Shown here in pieces: positions 18,735 to 28,260 of a stretch of DNA of 41,562 nt (position 1 is its first letter; each line of letters starts with the position of its first letter). The DNA is from Candidatus Heimdallarchaeota archaeon. GTDB lineage: Archaea; Asgardarchaeota; Heimdallarchaeia; Hodarchaeales; Hodarchaeaceae. Position numbers and translations under genes: made by a program. The DNA lies in assembly GCA_048881705.1 (NCBI GenBank), contig JBHLSH010000027.1, positions 1 to 41,562 of the forward strand, written 5' to 3'. The notes under the pieces were generated by a model. The model made no database searches. It saw only the letters and a list, made by a program, of their open reading frames with translations, and was not told the DNA's origin.

Positions 18735-19595
18735 CTATTTCACCCAAGTTGAATTCATAAAATCGTCGTATGTTACGATCTGGACAGGAATAAAGCTGTC
18801 AAGAATTTCGGTCATTTTCTTCACGCTAAATTGATAATCCTCCCATACACCCTGTTTTTTTTCTAGAGTTGGTAGGATAGATTCAAACTTCAAAAAATAC
18901 TCTTTCAATCTTTCTTTCCATACCCCGCGACCCCTTCTATCAAGTCTATAGATGATAGGGGTTGGTATTTCGTGGATATGAAGTTTAGCATGGGATGCAT
19001 AATTCCAGTAGACGAGGGGGAACGTATAGCCCTCCGCATCATCAAGACGTGCTGGAATCTTTGTAGTACGATAACCTTTAAGGCCACAAAAAGCATCTGT
19101 GACCTGAAGGTTTAAGCATCGATTTATCGCTCGTGTGAGAAACATATTGGTGAGATATCTATCAATAGGGACTGGAGTGTTTCGATCCCAGAATCGATAG
19201 GATAAATACCGGCTAGTTGATACTACGTCTATATCAGACTGATTTTCCATAATCTGAATAATTTCCTTAATGGTACTCGGCGCGTGTTGCAGATCTGCAT
19301 CAAACGTAATCAGGATATCAGATTTGTCTCGGGCATACTCAAATAGCGTGAGAATGGTTGCACCGTAGCCTCTGTTGATTGCAGTTCGGATGTAACTGAA
19401 CGGAAATTTGCGAGCCAACCTCTCATAAACACCTTGTGATCCATCGGTGCTGGCATCGTCGACCAAACAAATTTGAATGTCATAATCTTGGCATTCCTTT
19501 TCAAGAAATGCGTAAAGGGAACTTACACATTCTGCAAGGTATGATTCCTCGTTCCAGATAGGTATCCCTATGATTATTATCATCTTGTTTTCCAA
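18735..19595 (-). CDS. GT2 glycosyltransferase (Dol-P-sugar synthase-like)
   Basis: IPIWNEE, LVDDASTD, NRGYG, TFDADLQH (DxD), DAFCGLKGY. Confidence 0.9.
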   Translation of the reverse strand: MENKMIIIIGIPIWNEESYLAECVSSLYAFLEKECQDYDIQICLVDDASTDGSQGVYERLARKFPFSYIRTAINRGYGATILTLFEYARDKSDILITFDADLQHAPSTIKEIIQIMENQSDIDVVSTSRYLSYRFWDRNTPVPIDRYLTNMFLTRAINRCLNLQVTDAFCGLKGYRTTKIPARLDDAEGYTFPLVYWNYASHAKLHIHEIPTPIIYRLDRRGRGVWKERLKEYFLKFESILPTLEKKQGVWEDYQFSVKKMTEILDSFIPVQIVTYDDFMNSTWVK

Positions 19596-19717
19596 TTTTG
19601 AAAGAAATCCCAGGGCAAGACCAGAAACCTTTTGAGATATACTACTTAAAACCCTCGGATTCTTTTTAAGAAGCTTCTTAAAGTTCTCGATTCAAGATTA
19701 CAGATGAGGTCATCTTA

Positions 19718-20146
19718 TTGATGGACGAGGATCCCGTTCTTGCTAATCTTCTAAAGAAAAGGGCGTTATCTATGAAAAAAAATGCAGAGACATTTGCGAA
19801 TCTTGATCTTAATAGAGTAAATGACGTCACTGACGCGGATATTGACGAATACCTACGTACTTCTCCCGTACCAGTTCTAGTAGATTTTTCAGCTGACGCC
19901 TGGTGTCGGCCTTGCCAGGTAATGAACCCTATCCTTGAAGAGTTGTCTCATGAGTTTGCTAACCGGGTTTTATTCTTAAAATTGAACACAGATCATAATC
20001 CTGTTGCATCTAGTAAATATCGGATATTTTCGGTTCCTACGTTCATGGTTTTCAATGCCGGAAACCGAATCGCCCAACGAGTGGGGGCTTCACCAAAATC
20101 AAAATTCAAGGCCTGGATAGAGGAGGTTGTAGAGAGACTACAATAA
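19718..20146 (+). CDS. trxA: Thioredoxin
   Basis: VLVDFSADAWCRPC, FSVPTF cis-Pro motif. Confidence 0.92.
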   Translation: MMDEDPVLANLLKKRALSMKKNAETFANLDLNRVNDVTDADIDEYLRTSPVPVLVDFSADAWCRPCQVMNPILEELSHEFANRVLFLKLNTDHNPVASSKYRIFSVPTFMVFNAGNRIAQRVGASPKSKFKAWIEEVVERLQ

Positions 20147-20180
20147 CCTGATTGCTAATAAAATATGAGACGGGTAGCTT

Positions 20181-20249
20181 ATGAGAGAAAAATGGAAAAA
20201 AAAGCGCTTAAGAAGACGAAAACGGAAAGAACGCAAACGAACCCGTTGA
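20181..20249 (+). CDS. rpl41e: Ribosomal protein eL41 (eS32), 22 aa, absent from ORF track
   Basis: MREKWKKKRLRRRKRKERKRTR* closely matches eukaryotic [21 protein letters not shown]. Confidence 0.9.
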   Translation: MREKWKKKRLRRRKRKERKRTR

Positions 20250-20403
20250 TTTCTTGGTGTCAAGCCCTAGGATTTGAATAAGGAATTTTCCACCTCAATG
20301 TCTTCCACAGATTATTAAGCGTCAAACGTGAATAAGAGGTTGGAGAATTGCTCATAAAACTCCATGTGTCCTCTGCAACGGTCACACACTCCAATCTTGA
20401 TGA

Positions 20404-21543
20404 TTGGATGCGAAAAAAATGATTGTTGGTTTGATAGGCGCCCGCGGCACGGTACCAACAGATGCTATGGCCACTGTATCCTTTTTGGTAGATCACAAAT
20501 ATCTGTTTGAATGTCCATCCGAAATCATTCCAGCGTTTGATAGGTTCCAAAAAGAATGGGCTCGAATTTCTGTCCACAAAAGCCCTCCTCAACTCGCTGC
20601 ATTGGGACGTCCGACACTAGGTAAGGTTCGATATGTCATAATATCCCATCTCCATTATGATCATTGGGGTGGACTTCCTCACATTATTCATCGAATCCTA
20701 TTATTAGAACGAGAGGCGAGGGAGAGAAGGCCGCTATCGATTATTATCCCAAAGGGATCCACAATCCCATTTCAATTACGGATGCAAGCTTTGTTTTCTC
20801 TCCAAGAATCAAACCTACCACTTTCAGATGTTGAATTCTTATACTATTGGCTTACAATCGAAGTAGGTGCTGCTATTCGAAAAGTTGTACGTATAATTAG
20901 CATTGAGGATGGTGATGTTGTTCCTCTGGATCCTGGATACTTTTTATCCTGTAAAAAGAACCCTCATCTTGAAATTGGTTCTGTCGCCTATAAACTGATC
21001 TTCCGGAAACCCAAACTGGATGTAAACAGGGCCAAATCGCTGGAAATTCCTTTCAACAGAACCTTGAAACGGATTGAGAAAAGTCAATCTCCCGTTAAGG
21101 TAGGGGATATCTTCGTCTCCCGAAATGACATTTATTTTGATTTAACCAAGACATTATGTTATTCCGGAGATACAAATGTTGATTCAGGTTTATTTGAGTT
21201 CTTCAGAGATGCCCAAATTCTTATTCACGAGGCAACATATCTGACCAAACAAAAAAACTTCCATCTGGAGTCTCATTCGGATCTTGATAGTTTAATTCCT
21301 GAAATCGAGAAGTTAAAGGATCCAGCGACACTGTTGGGGTTTATCCCCATCCATTTTTCAACCCGTTATAAAGAAGAAGAAATATCAATGCATCTAAGCC
21401 AGCTTTCGAAAGACCGAATGAATCTTTGCCAAGTCATTAATCCTATTGTGACCTTATATGTCTTAATAACGGATTACGGGCACCTAGATTTCATTGAACG
21501 TCCTCAAAAATCACTTGCAAACCACTCTGAAACTGATCGATAA
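20404..21543 (+). CDS. rnz: Ribonuclease Z (tRNA 3' endonuclease, MBL fold)
   Basis: SHLHYDH, exosite-like insert, YSGDT, IHEAT, PIHFSTRY. Confidence 0.85.
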   Translation: MDAKKMIVGLIGARGTVPTDAMATVSFLVDHKYLFECPSEIIPAFDRFQKEWARISVHKSPPQLAALGRPTLGKVRYVIISHLHYDHWGGLPHIIHRILLLEREARERRPLSIIIPKGSTIPFQLRMQALFSLQESNLPLSDVEFLYYWLTIEVGAAIRKVVRIISIEDGDVVPLDPGYFLSCKKNPHLEIGSVAYKLIFRKPKLDVNRAKSLEIPFNRTLKRIEKSQSPVKVGDIFVSRNDIYFDLTKTLCYSGDTNVDSGLFEFFRDAQILIHEATYLTKQKNFHLESHSDLDSLIPEIEKLKDPATLLGFIPIHFSTRYKEEEISMHLSQLSKDRMNLCQVINPIVTLYVLITDYGHLDFIERPQKSLANHSETDR

Positions 21544-22361
21544 CCTACACTTTTGGCTAGCCTACGGAGAAGCTTGACGGTTCCCGATCCATACTGCATC
21601 GCCTTTTTAGGCTGCAAAATAGCTTTCTGAGGTATGCCAAGTTTGAATGCGCACTTACGGAGGATATTTTTGCGAATAATCACTCCTCCGGGCATCTGGT
21701 GGAGATGAGCGCTAATGGATTGAGATTGGGCATATTTAACGATTCGAGAGTCCAGATATGGATATATGGGTTTTAGCCCGAAAAAATCGGCAATTTTGGT
21801 TTCTATCTTTGTCTGCTGGATCATAAGTTTGTTAAAATCGTGATTCATAGCTTTTTGGGTTGCCTCCATCCCTTGTTCAGTATATAGGGTGATATATTTT
21901 TTGTAACCAGCAAAAAGTTCATCTGCACCTTGACCAAGAAAAACCGTCTTTAATTTCGGGATTTTCACCAAAGTGCGCATTCCAAGAAAGAGGGGGATAA
22001 CAATCGCAAGATCTCCTGGATTGGTTATAATTCTAAGCTGGCGTAAATCAGCGATAGCCTCAATTAAAATCCTTTCAGATAGATAACAAAGTGATAATGG
22101 AAGATTGATTGCTGCAGCCATCGTAAGAGCATTATTCAAATCATAACTACCTGGAGCTCCAACCGAAACTGCCTGTACCCCTGATGGAGGGAACTGAGAT
22201 ATTAGAATGTGAGCTATAACAGTGGAATCCAGGCCACCACTGTAAAGTAATCCAACCGTATCTTCCTGTTGCAAATAAGTTCCGATTGTTTGATGAAGTG
22301 ACTCAATAATTGTTTCCATTGACAGCTGATCCGTAATATAATTAAGAATCCAGGAATGCAT
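21504..22361 (-). CDS. Asparagine synthase C-terminal (PP-loop ATPase) domain protein
   Basis: LYSGGLDS, LGQGADELFAGY, PKKAMQYGSG; no glutaminase domain; start could be the ATG at 22319. Confidence 0.82.
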   Translation of the reverse strand: MHSWILNYITDQLSMETIIESLHQTIGTYLQQEDTVGLLYSGGLDSTVIAHILISQFPPSGVQAVSVGAPGSYDLNNALTMAAAINLPLSLCYLSERILIEAIADLRQLRIITNPGDLAIVIPLFLGMRTLVKIPKLKTVFLGQGADELFAGYKKYITLYTEQGMEATQKAMNHDFNKLMIQQTKIETKIADFFGLKPIYPYLDSRIVKYAQSQSISAHLHQMPGGVIIRKNILRKCAFKLGIPQKAILQPKKAMQYGSGTVKLLRRLAKSVGYRSVSEWFASDF

Positions 22362-22395
22362 CCATTTTAAAACAAGTGAGTCATTACCTCAGACC

Positions 22396-23091
22396 TTGAC
22401 GGTGTCGGATTTGGATCAAGCATCTCCCAAAAGCGGGCTGAGAAAGAAATATGAAGCGTTTTTTGCGCCGTTTGGGAGATTCCTCGCAGATACACGGCTT
22501 TCACCCAATATGATTTCTCTTTTAAGTCTAGGTACTAGTGTCATCAGTTGCCTTGCTTATGCTTTCGGTCCAGCAATTGGAATGACTGTAGGGTTACTGG
22601 TTGGAACTCTTCTCCTTGGGTTTTCTTCCTTACTTGATATGCTGGATGGAAGTTTGGCACGGGCTAAAGGTGTAACAGGCCATTTTGGAGCTCTTTTGGA
22701 TCGAACTCTTGACCGGGTATCTGAGTTTTTCTTTCTTTTGGGTATAATGTTGGGGGGATATGTTCACGCTGGATTGGTGTTTTTCGGTTTTGAAGGAATG
22801 GTGTTGGCTAGTTATGTTCGGGCCGCTGCGGAAGAACGTGGGGGCCTAAAGATGACTTCCACAATCGGAATTTTTGAGCGAAAGGAGAAACTTACCCTCT
22901 TAGCAATGGGGTGCGTAATTGAAGCCTTTTTTTATCAAGGATTCGTCTGGATGCCCCCTTCTTGGTGGCCCTTCTCATTTGGTATTCTGCCCATAGTAAT
23001 TATTGTAATTGGGCTGTTTTCGAACCTGTCTGCAATACAACGTTTACGTTACGCCCGCGCTTTTTATTCTTCTGGTAAAAAATCCCCGTAA
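22396..23091 (+). CDS. CDP-alcohol phosphatidyltransferase (archaetidylinositol-phosphate synthase-like)
   Basis: DMLDGSLAR..G..GHFGALLDRTLDR signature; multi-TM. Confidence 0.92.
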   Translation: MTVSDLDQASPKSGLRKKYEAFFAPFGRFLADTRLSPNMISLLSLGTSVISCLAYAFGPAIGMTVGLLVGTLLLGFSSLLDMLDGSLARAKGVTGHFGALLDRTLDRVSEFFFLLGIMLGGYVHAGLVFFGFEGMVLASYVRAAAEERGGLKMTSTIGIFERKEKLTLLAMGCVIEAFFYQGFVWMPPSWWPFSFGILPIVIIVIGLFSNLSAIQRLRYARAFYSSGKKSP

Positions 23092-23120
23092 TGATGATGC
23101 AAAGGGGAATCCTCGGATGA

Positions 23121-24434
23121 TCATCGGGGGCGGGTAATCTTGATCCTATTCTTACAGATTGGACATTTGGCGTTAATTTTCAACCATTCGGCAAGATGGG
23201 CATAATGGGCTGGCGATCCACACTCAGGACATCTTACTAAGGATCTATTCTCAGAAATTGGCATCCTGCATACGGTGCAAAATTCTTCGACTTCCTCCAT
23301 GAAATCGGTGTCAACGCCGTTAGATGTACCCACTTGAGAGCCTACGAGAATATTTGCTCTTCTTAAAAACGATTCTGCGGCCTGTGGAGCTAAGGAACGG
23401 GCACGATCCGCAGCACGACGATATAGTTTGGCTGCATACGTTGGATTGGTTTCTTCGTTCGCCAAACCCGCCTCTGCCAGAATAGGCGTAGGAGTGTCTG
23501 TTCCTAGGCTATCTAACAGCTCATCGTAAAGGGCTATTGCCTGATTAGTTTCTTTCTTTCGTAAAATATCTCTTGCCGAATCTAGGATTTTAAGAATCCT
23601 CTCATATTCCTTGATGGTTTTCAAATGCTTGGTAAATTGTTCTGGAATTATCTTCTTTTCCTGATCTGGCAGATTATCACTAATATTTTTGACGATAGCA
23701 AGACTCCTTCGCATTTGTTCTATCTCCCCTTTCTCTAAGTGATTAGTAACATTATTCAGATAATACTGTAGGGCAACCCCTGATTGTCCAGCTGAGGTCA
23801 CATATTGCCTAGCAACATCGTCCAAGCCTTTTTGCTTCATCTCTGTTGCTGCAGCTATTAAAACTGCATTTGCTTCCTCTTCCGCCCCAATTGTACGAAG
23901 AAGTTCAGCTGCTTCCATAAATTTCTGGTTATTGTACGCATGCTTTGCTAAATTACGAATTGCTTGGTCACGATCATGAATGAGAGAAAGATTCTGATCT
24001 ATTACCTGAATGGCTGCTGGAACGTAATCTATTCCTGAATCGGTAAAAACTTTGGCTGCAGCAAAAGGTTTTTTGGCTAATACAAATGCCTTGGCCGCAG
24101 CATGAGGATCCCGCTGTGCAAAGTTTGATCTTGCCAATCTAAGGAAAGCTCGCTCTAACTTCTGGCTAGGAAAACGGCTTTCCAGCCTCCTTAGGGCGAG
24201 TACTTGGGATCCTTCTGGGCTCCGAAGTACCAATTTCGCTGACTCTTCTAGAGAATGGCGAGCTAGGAGATCGAGTGCATCCATATATTGTCCTCGTTCT
24301 TCTAGGTTTTGAGCCTGCTGTATATACTTGGACTTATTCTTTCGGGTAGTTAACCAAATTATAATAACGATTACAGATCCAAATACTATAAGGAGACTTG
24401 GATTATCCATGCCACCCATCAATTGATTGAACAT
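23121..24434 (-). CDS. Membrane-anchored alpha-solenoid protein with C-terminal RING-type zinc finger (putative E3 ligase)
   Basis: N-terminal TM helix, Ala-rich helical repeats, CTVC..CPECGSPAHYAHLAEWLKINAKCPIC. Confidence 0.78.
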   Translation of the reverse strand: MFNQLMGGMDNPSLLIVFGSVIVIIIWLTTRKNKSKYIQQAQNLEERGQYMDALDLLARHSLEESAKLVLRSPEGSQVLALRRLESRFPSQKLERAFLRLARSNFAQRDPHAAAKAFVLAKKPFAAAKVFTDSGIDYVPAAIQVIDQNLSLIHDRDQAIRNLAKHAYNNQKFMEAAELLRTIGAEEEANAVLIAAATEMKQKGLDDVARQYVTSAGQSGVALQYYLNNVTNHLEKGEIEQMRRSLAIVKNISDNLPDQEKKIIPEQFTKHLKTIKEYERILKILDSARDILRKKETNQAIALYDELLDSLGTDTPTPILAEAGLANEETNPTYAAKLYRRAADRARSLAPQAAESFLRRANILVGSQVGTSNGVDTDFMEEVEEFCTVCRMPISENRSLVRCPECGSPAHYAHLAEWLKINAKCPICKNRIKITRPR

Positions 24435-24586
24435 GATTATTTTCCTAGATCCCAGCTTTTTTGCTTCTAGAACTGATGATTGAAGGTCATATCAAGGTCT
24501 TTTGAATTTACGCTTCTTGGAATATATACCTATCAAACCTTTCTACCACGGAGGATGCGGAGTACGAATCCCTTCGAAATAGAATA

Positions 24587-26845
24587 TTAGAGGTACGAAT
24601 CAGCAATTTTCTTGACAGTCTTTTTTATTAGACTCTGCGCGCTTTTCCACGTCAATCCTGTTTTTCCCAGGGTCTGTCCCCAAGTCCTACCTTGAAGAAT
24701 TCTAGAGACAAGCAACATTTCTTGAGCGGAACTAAGTTTGACAGAGTTTGCTATCACAAAGTGCATAACCGCCAATTCATACATCGCATCGACCGCGAGC
24801 AAGAAGTTTAAGTGCCCATTCAGATAATTGGTAAGCCTTAATCGTGCTGAAGCTGTTAACTTCGGTGTATAATTCTCAATGGGATAACAACCCTTCAAGA
24901 TCTGAATAACTAATTCCGGCCGCATTTCGAATAGGGATTGTTTCAGAAGGGCTATGAACTGTAAGGTAAAATCTGCCGATGCTTGTTCAATAATTCCTTT
25001 AGCAGATGAAGAGAGTGGAAGTACAAAAACTATATTCCATTCTCCTGAAACAGACGTCCTTATGGGACGAATATGAACCGATAAAAATCCAAATTTTCTC
25101 CAAAATTTCACCAATTTGGTTGTTGCTCCGTAACTCACGCCTATCCAGTCGTAATTACCTTTAAACTTAGTTATGTGCGCTTCGACTGTGAGTCGACCAA
25201 ATCCTTTTCCTAGCAACTTGGGATGGGTTGCGATGCGCACAATGCGTAGCCCGCGTAGTTTGGCAAAACTAGATGAAAAATGTCGAACAGCAGTGGATGG
25301 AATGAGATTCCCAGGGATAAATTCCCCCATGGCAATTCGTGAGATTTTTTGTTCAGAAAGCCCCCCTTCTTTGGCTAAATGACTTGCTGCAATGAAATTA
25401 GTACCTTTCGGATCTTTATCTTCCAAAAGCCCTAGCAAGAAATGTTGAGCTGAATCTGCCAACAATAATAAATCATTTGGCTGATTACGGTAGTGGGCGT
25501 ATACAAGCAGAGCAAATAAGTTCCTGAGATGATGGATTCCTTGATTTGAGAACAAAAATCTAGGATCACTATATTCCTGAAGAGTCAGCAGGGTACGATT
25601 GATATCTTGTTCCTTAATGTCATTTTTGCTCAGTTCAACATCCAGGAGGAAGGTATCATTTAGTAATTTTTCAATCAAATCCCCCTCTAGATATCGGATG
25701 GGTGTAAACAAATTGAAGATTCGGTGGGGAATGCGTTTTTGGCGGTCTAAATATTGAACTATTTTGTGCTGAAAACCTCTTCCAGAGCCTTCATAGCCGT
25801 GAATTGTTGAAATCAAAACCTTCTGTGCCTGAATCTGGATAATCGACCTTAATTTTTCGATAGGAAGGGCCGCTGCTTCATCAACAATAATCAAACTGGC
25901 CTTCGTTTGATTTGAAATTTCGCTCGGACTGATATAAGCAATTCTGAGCTTGTCTGAAATACGAACATCGGTGATTAGGTTCCTTTCTTTGATAGTCTGA
26001 AAATTGACTTGTTTTTCTCGGAGTCCTTTCCCCAAGAATTCGAATAAAACTTGAACATTGGATAAATCCGGTGCTGTCACTATCAAATGCCCGAATCGTT
26101 GATTCCTTTGATGATCATTGCCAATCAGATGAGAAAGCGTTATCCCAATAGTAGCTGATTTTCCTCGTCCTCTGTTTGCCACAACGACAGAGCAGCTATT
26201 TGGATCGGATGTATCTAACAAAATTCCCGTCAGGGCGGTAATCACTTCTTTTTGATCAGGAGTAACATCAAACCCATCAATTCTTGCCGTTAAATTTACT
26301 TTATGATGCATTGGATTGAATCGACGAAGAATTTCTTGACTAGGTAGATTCTCAACAATACAATGGGGATTTTGTTCGATGTTTTCGAGAAACCACCTCA
26401 ATAGATATGATTTCGGCCTGAACTCCTTCGTAGATGGAATTTGACTTCTGTTTACCCTTAAAATCCACTCCTCAGTAGGTAAACCGCAGATGATAACGAG
26501 TCCTCCTCCACAAACTGTTTCAATTAACAAGCTCACTTTGTTCGGATGAAATGTCCACCTCAGATCAAGTACCAGAAAATCTAATGTTTGCCCTAAAATC
26601 GGTGTAACATCTTTTGGAGAGATAACATGAACTCGTGTTAAGTATGGTAGGACTGGAAAAGCTTCATTGAGAATTATCGATTCACTGGGATCCCCCTCAA
26701 TGATGATTGCCCCCGTAATGCCTCGATTATTTTTCTCGTAAAAATGTTGGAGAAACGCTCCAATAGAGTGAGAGAGAACATTTGCATCCTGAAACAGGAC
26801 AAGACTCCTTTTATATGCTTCATGGTGATTCTGGGACAGGGTCAA
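24587..26845 (-). CDS. tmcA: RNA cytidine acetyltransferase TmcA/Nat10
   Basis: ANRGRGKS, VDEAAALP, STIHGYEGSGRGF, HYRNQPNDL, GNAT IVRIATHP..GKGFG. Confidence 0.95.
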   Translation of the reverse strand: MTLSQNHHEAYKRSLVLFQDANVLSHSIGAFLQHFYEKNNRGITGAIIIEGDPSESIILNEAFPVLPYLTRVHVISPKDVTPILGQTLDFLVLDLRWTFHPNKVSLLIETVCGGGLVIICGLPTEEWILRVNRSQIPSTKEFRPKSYLLRWFLENIEQNPHCIVENLPSQEILRRFNPMHHKVNLTARIDGFDVTPDQKEVITALTGILLDTSDPNSCSVVVANRGRGKSATIGITLSHLIGNDHQRNQRFGHLIVTAPDLSNVQVLFEFLGKGLREKQVNFQTIKERNLITDVRISDKLRIAYISPSEISNQTKASLIIVDEAAALPIEKLRSIIQIQAQKVLISTIHGYEGSGRGFQHKIVQYLDRQKRIPHRIFNLFTPIRYLEGDLIEKLLNDTFLLDVELSKNDIKEQDINRTLLTLQEYSDPRFLFSNQGIHHLRNLFALLVYAHYRNQPNDLLLLADSAQHFLLGLLEDKDPKGTNFIAASHLAKEGGLSEQKISRIAMGEFIPGNLIPSTAVRHFSSSFAKLRGLRIVRIATHPKLLGKGFGRLTVEAHITKFKGNYDWIGVSYGATTKLVKFWRKFGFLSVHIRPIRTSVSGEWNIVFVLPLSSSAKGIIEQASADFTLQFIALLKQSLFEMRPELVIQILKGCYPIENYTPKLTASARLRLTNYLNGHLNFLLAVDAMYELAVMHFVIANSVKLSSAQEMLLVSRILQGRTWGQTLGKTGLTWKSAQSLIKKTVKKIADSYL

Positions 26846-26876
26846 CCAGGCCTCTGCCGGTCTTGTGGGTCAGAAT

Positions 26877-27446
26877 TTATTGGATTTCGATTTTAGTAAC
26901 TTTCTTTTTTGTTTTCTCCAATATTTCATCGCAAACTGATATCGCAATCTCGTGTTCCTTTTTGATGCTCTTTACCTCTTTCAAGACCTTTTTTTGTTCA
27001 GAATGGGACAAGGCTTTTTCATCAAGGAGCTTTTGAAGTGTATTCAGGCGGGGAAAACTTGAACAACGTAATCGGTACTGGGAAGTCGACTCCCCCTTTG
27101 TACGACGAATGAAAGCTGCCACATCAGGTGCAACGCTATAGTACAGTCTAGGTCGTCCTCTACGAGATGGTCTATCTCGTCTCTCTTCACCTTTTATTAA
27201 ATTATGTTTTTTAAGAACCTCTAAATGTCTGATGATCGATTGTGGGTGGTCATCCAGTCTTCTAACCAGCTCGTTGACAAACCCCTCTCCTGCTGCAAGC
27301 TCAGCTAGCATTCGGCGTCTGGTTCCATTTGCCAATAGGTGGAGAATTTCGTCAATTTCTTCTACATCTAGAAATCCTCGGTTTTCGATCTTAAAGGATA
27401 ATATTTTCAGTATTAATTCTATTTCACTTAACGTGTCATCAACCAT
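26877..27446 (-). CDS. ArsR-type wHTH regulator, Phr/HSR1-like heat-shock regulator
   Basis: LANGTRRRML, FVNELVRRL, HLEVL, RGRPRLYY and a C-terminal coiled coil, as recalled for Pyrococcus Phr; downstream of hsp20-cdc48. Confidence 0.75.
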   Translation of the reverse strand: MVDDTLSEIELILKILSFKIENRGFLDVEEIDEILHLLANGTRRRMLAELAAGEGFVNELVRRLDDHPQSIIRHLEVLKKHNLIKGEERRDRPSRRGRPRLYYSVAPDVAAFIRRTKGESTSQYRLRCSSFPRLNTLQKLLDEKALSHSEQKKVLKEVKSIKKEHEIAISVCDEILEKTKKKVTKIEIQ

Positions 27447-27457
27447 ATTATGACCTC

Positions 27458-28246
27458 CTACACAAAAAACTGGGAATCCGGGTCGCTTGGTTTGTTTTGA
27501 TCCATTTTGCCTTCTAATGTGCTTGCATAATGGGCTTTGAATTCTTGGGCTTTCTCTTCCAATCTACTAAAATTCCCAGTAAATCCCCATTGCTCCGATA
27601 AGTGTAATAATAGCGCGTACGACGAAATCGGGTCATACTCTGGGAAAGTATCTACCACAAACACTTCTACTGGGATATTATTTCCCCAATAAGTTAGGAA
27701 AGAGCATGCGATCTGTCCACAGAGAGTAAACGAATCACCCGCGGTAGTCATCTCACTTGTTACCTCTAAACGCTGTTCATTTGAAGCAATTTTATGTACA
27801 CGAGGTTTTTTATCGATGGAACGATTACTGTTGTATACCCCATCCACCAACAGAATCTTTGTGACTTTATGTTGCTGGTAAAAACGAAAGAGCTCCTCTG
27901 CTATTTGATATCCAATTGCATCGGGAATGGCAAAATTGGTTGTAGCAAGGAAATAGGGGCGATCTCGAATTTCCAAATATTGAATTGTGATTGGAAGTAG
28001 TATGTCATTTGAGGACAATTGTACCATTTCGGTCATGTGGTTCGTAAAGAATCCTGCCAATTTGTTCATTTGTGAGGTCGTGCGTCGAATTTCATGAGCC
28101 ACCAAATGGCCAACTGAACCATAATACCCCAAAATTTCGATTGCCACGGCACCGACTGGCGGGACAAATTCGTTTCGAATGAGAAACCTTAGATTTTCCT
28201 CTTCTTCCATTTCTTCCAAGAGAGTTTCCACATTCGGTACTTCCAT
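27458..28246 (-). CDS. PAC2-family (proteasome assembly chaperone-like) protein
   Basis: ILGYYGSVGHLVAHEI resembles the PAC2 N-terminal G-x2-G-x-VG motif; PDPxxS-like EYDPISS; acidic C-terminus. Confidence 0.55.
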   Translation of the reverse strand: MEVPNVETLLEEMEEEENLRFLIRNEFVPPVGAVAIEILGYYGSVGHLVAHEIRRTTSQMNKLAGFFTNHMTEMVQLSSNDILLPITIQYLEIRDRPYFLATTNFAIPDAIGYQIAEELFRFYQQHKVTKILLVDGVYNSNRSIDKKPRVHKIASNEQRLEVTSEMTTAGDSFTLCGQIACSFLTYWGNNIPVEVFVVDTFPEYDPISSYALLLHLSEQWGFTGNFSRLEEKAQEFKAHYASTLEGKMDQNKPSDPDSQFFV

Positions 28247-28260
28247 ATTATATGCACAGT

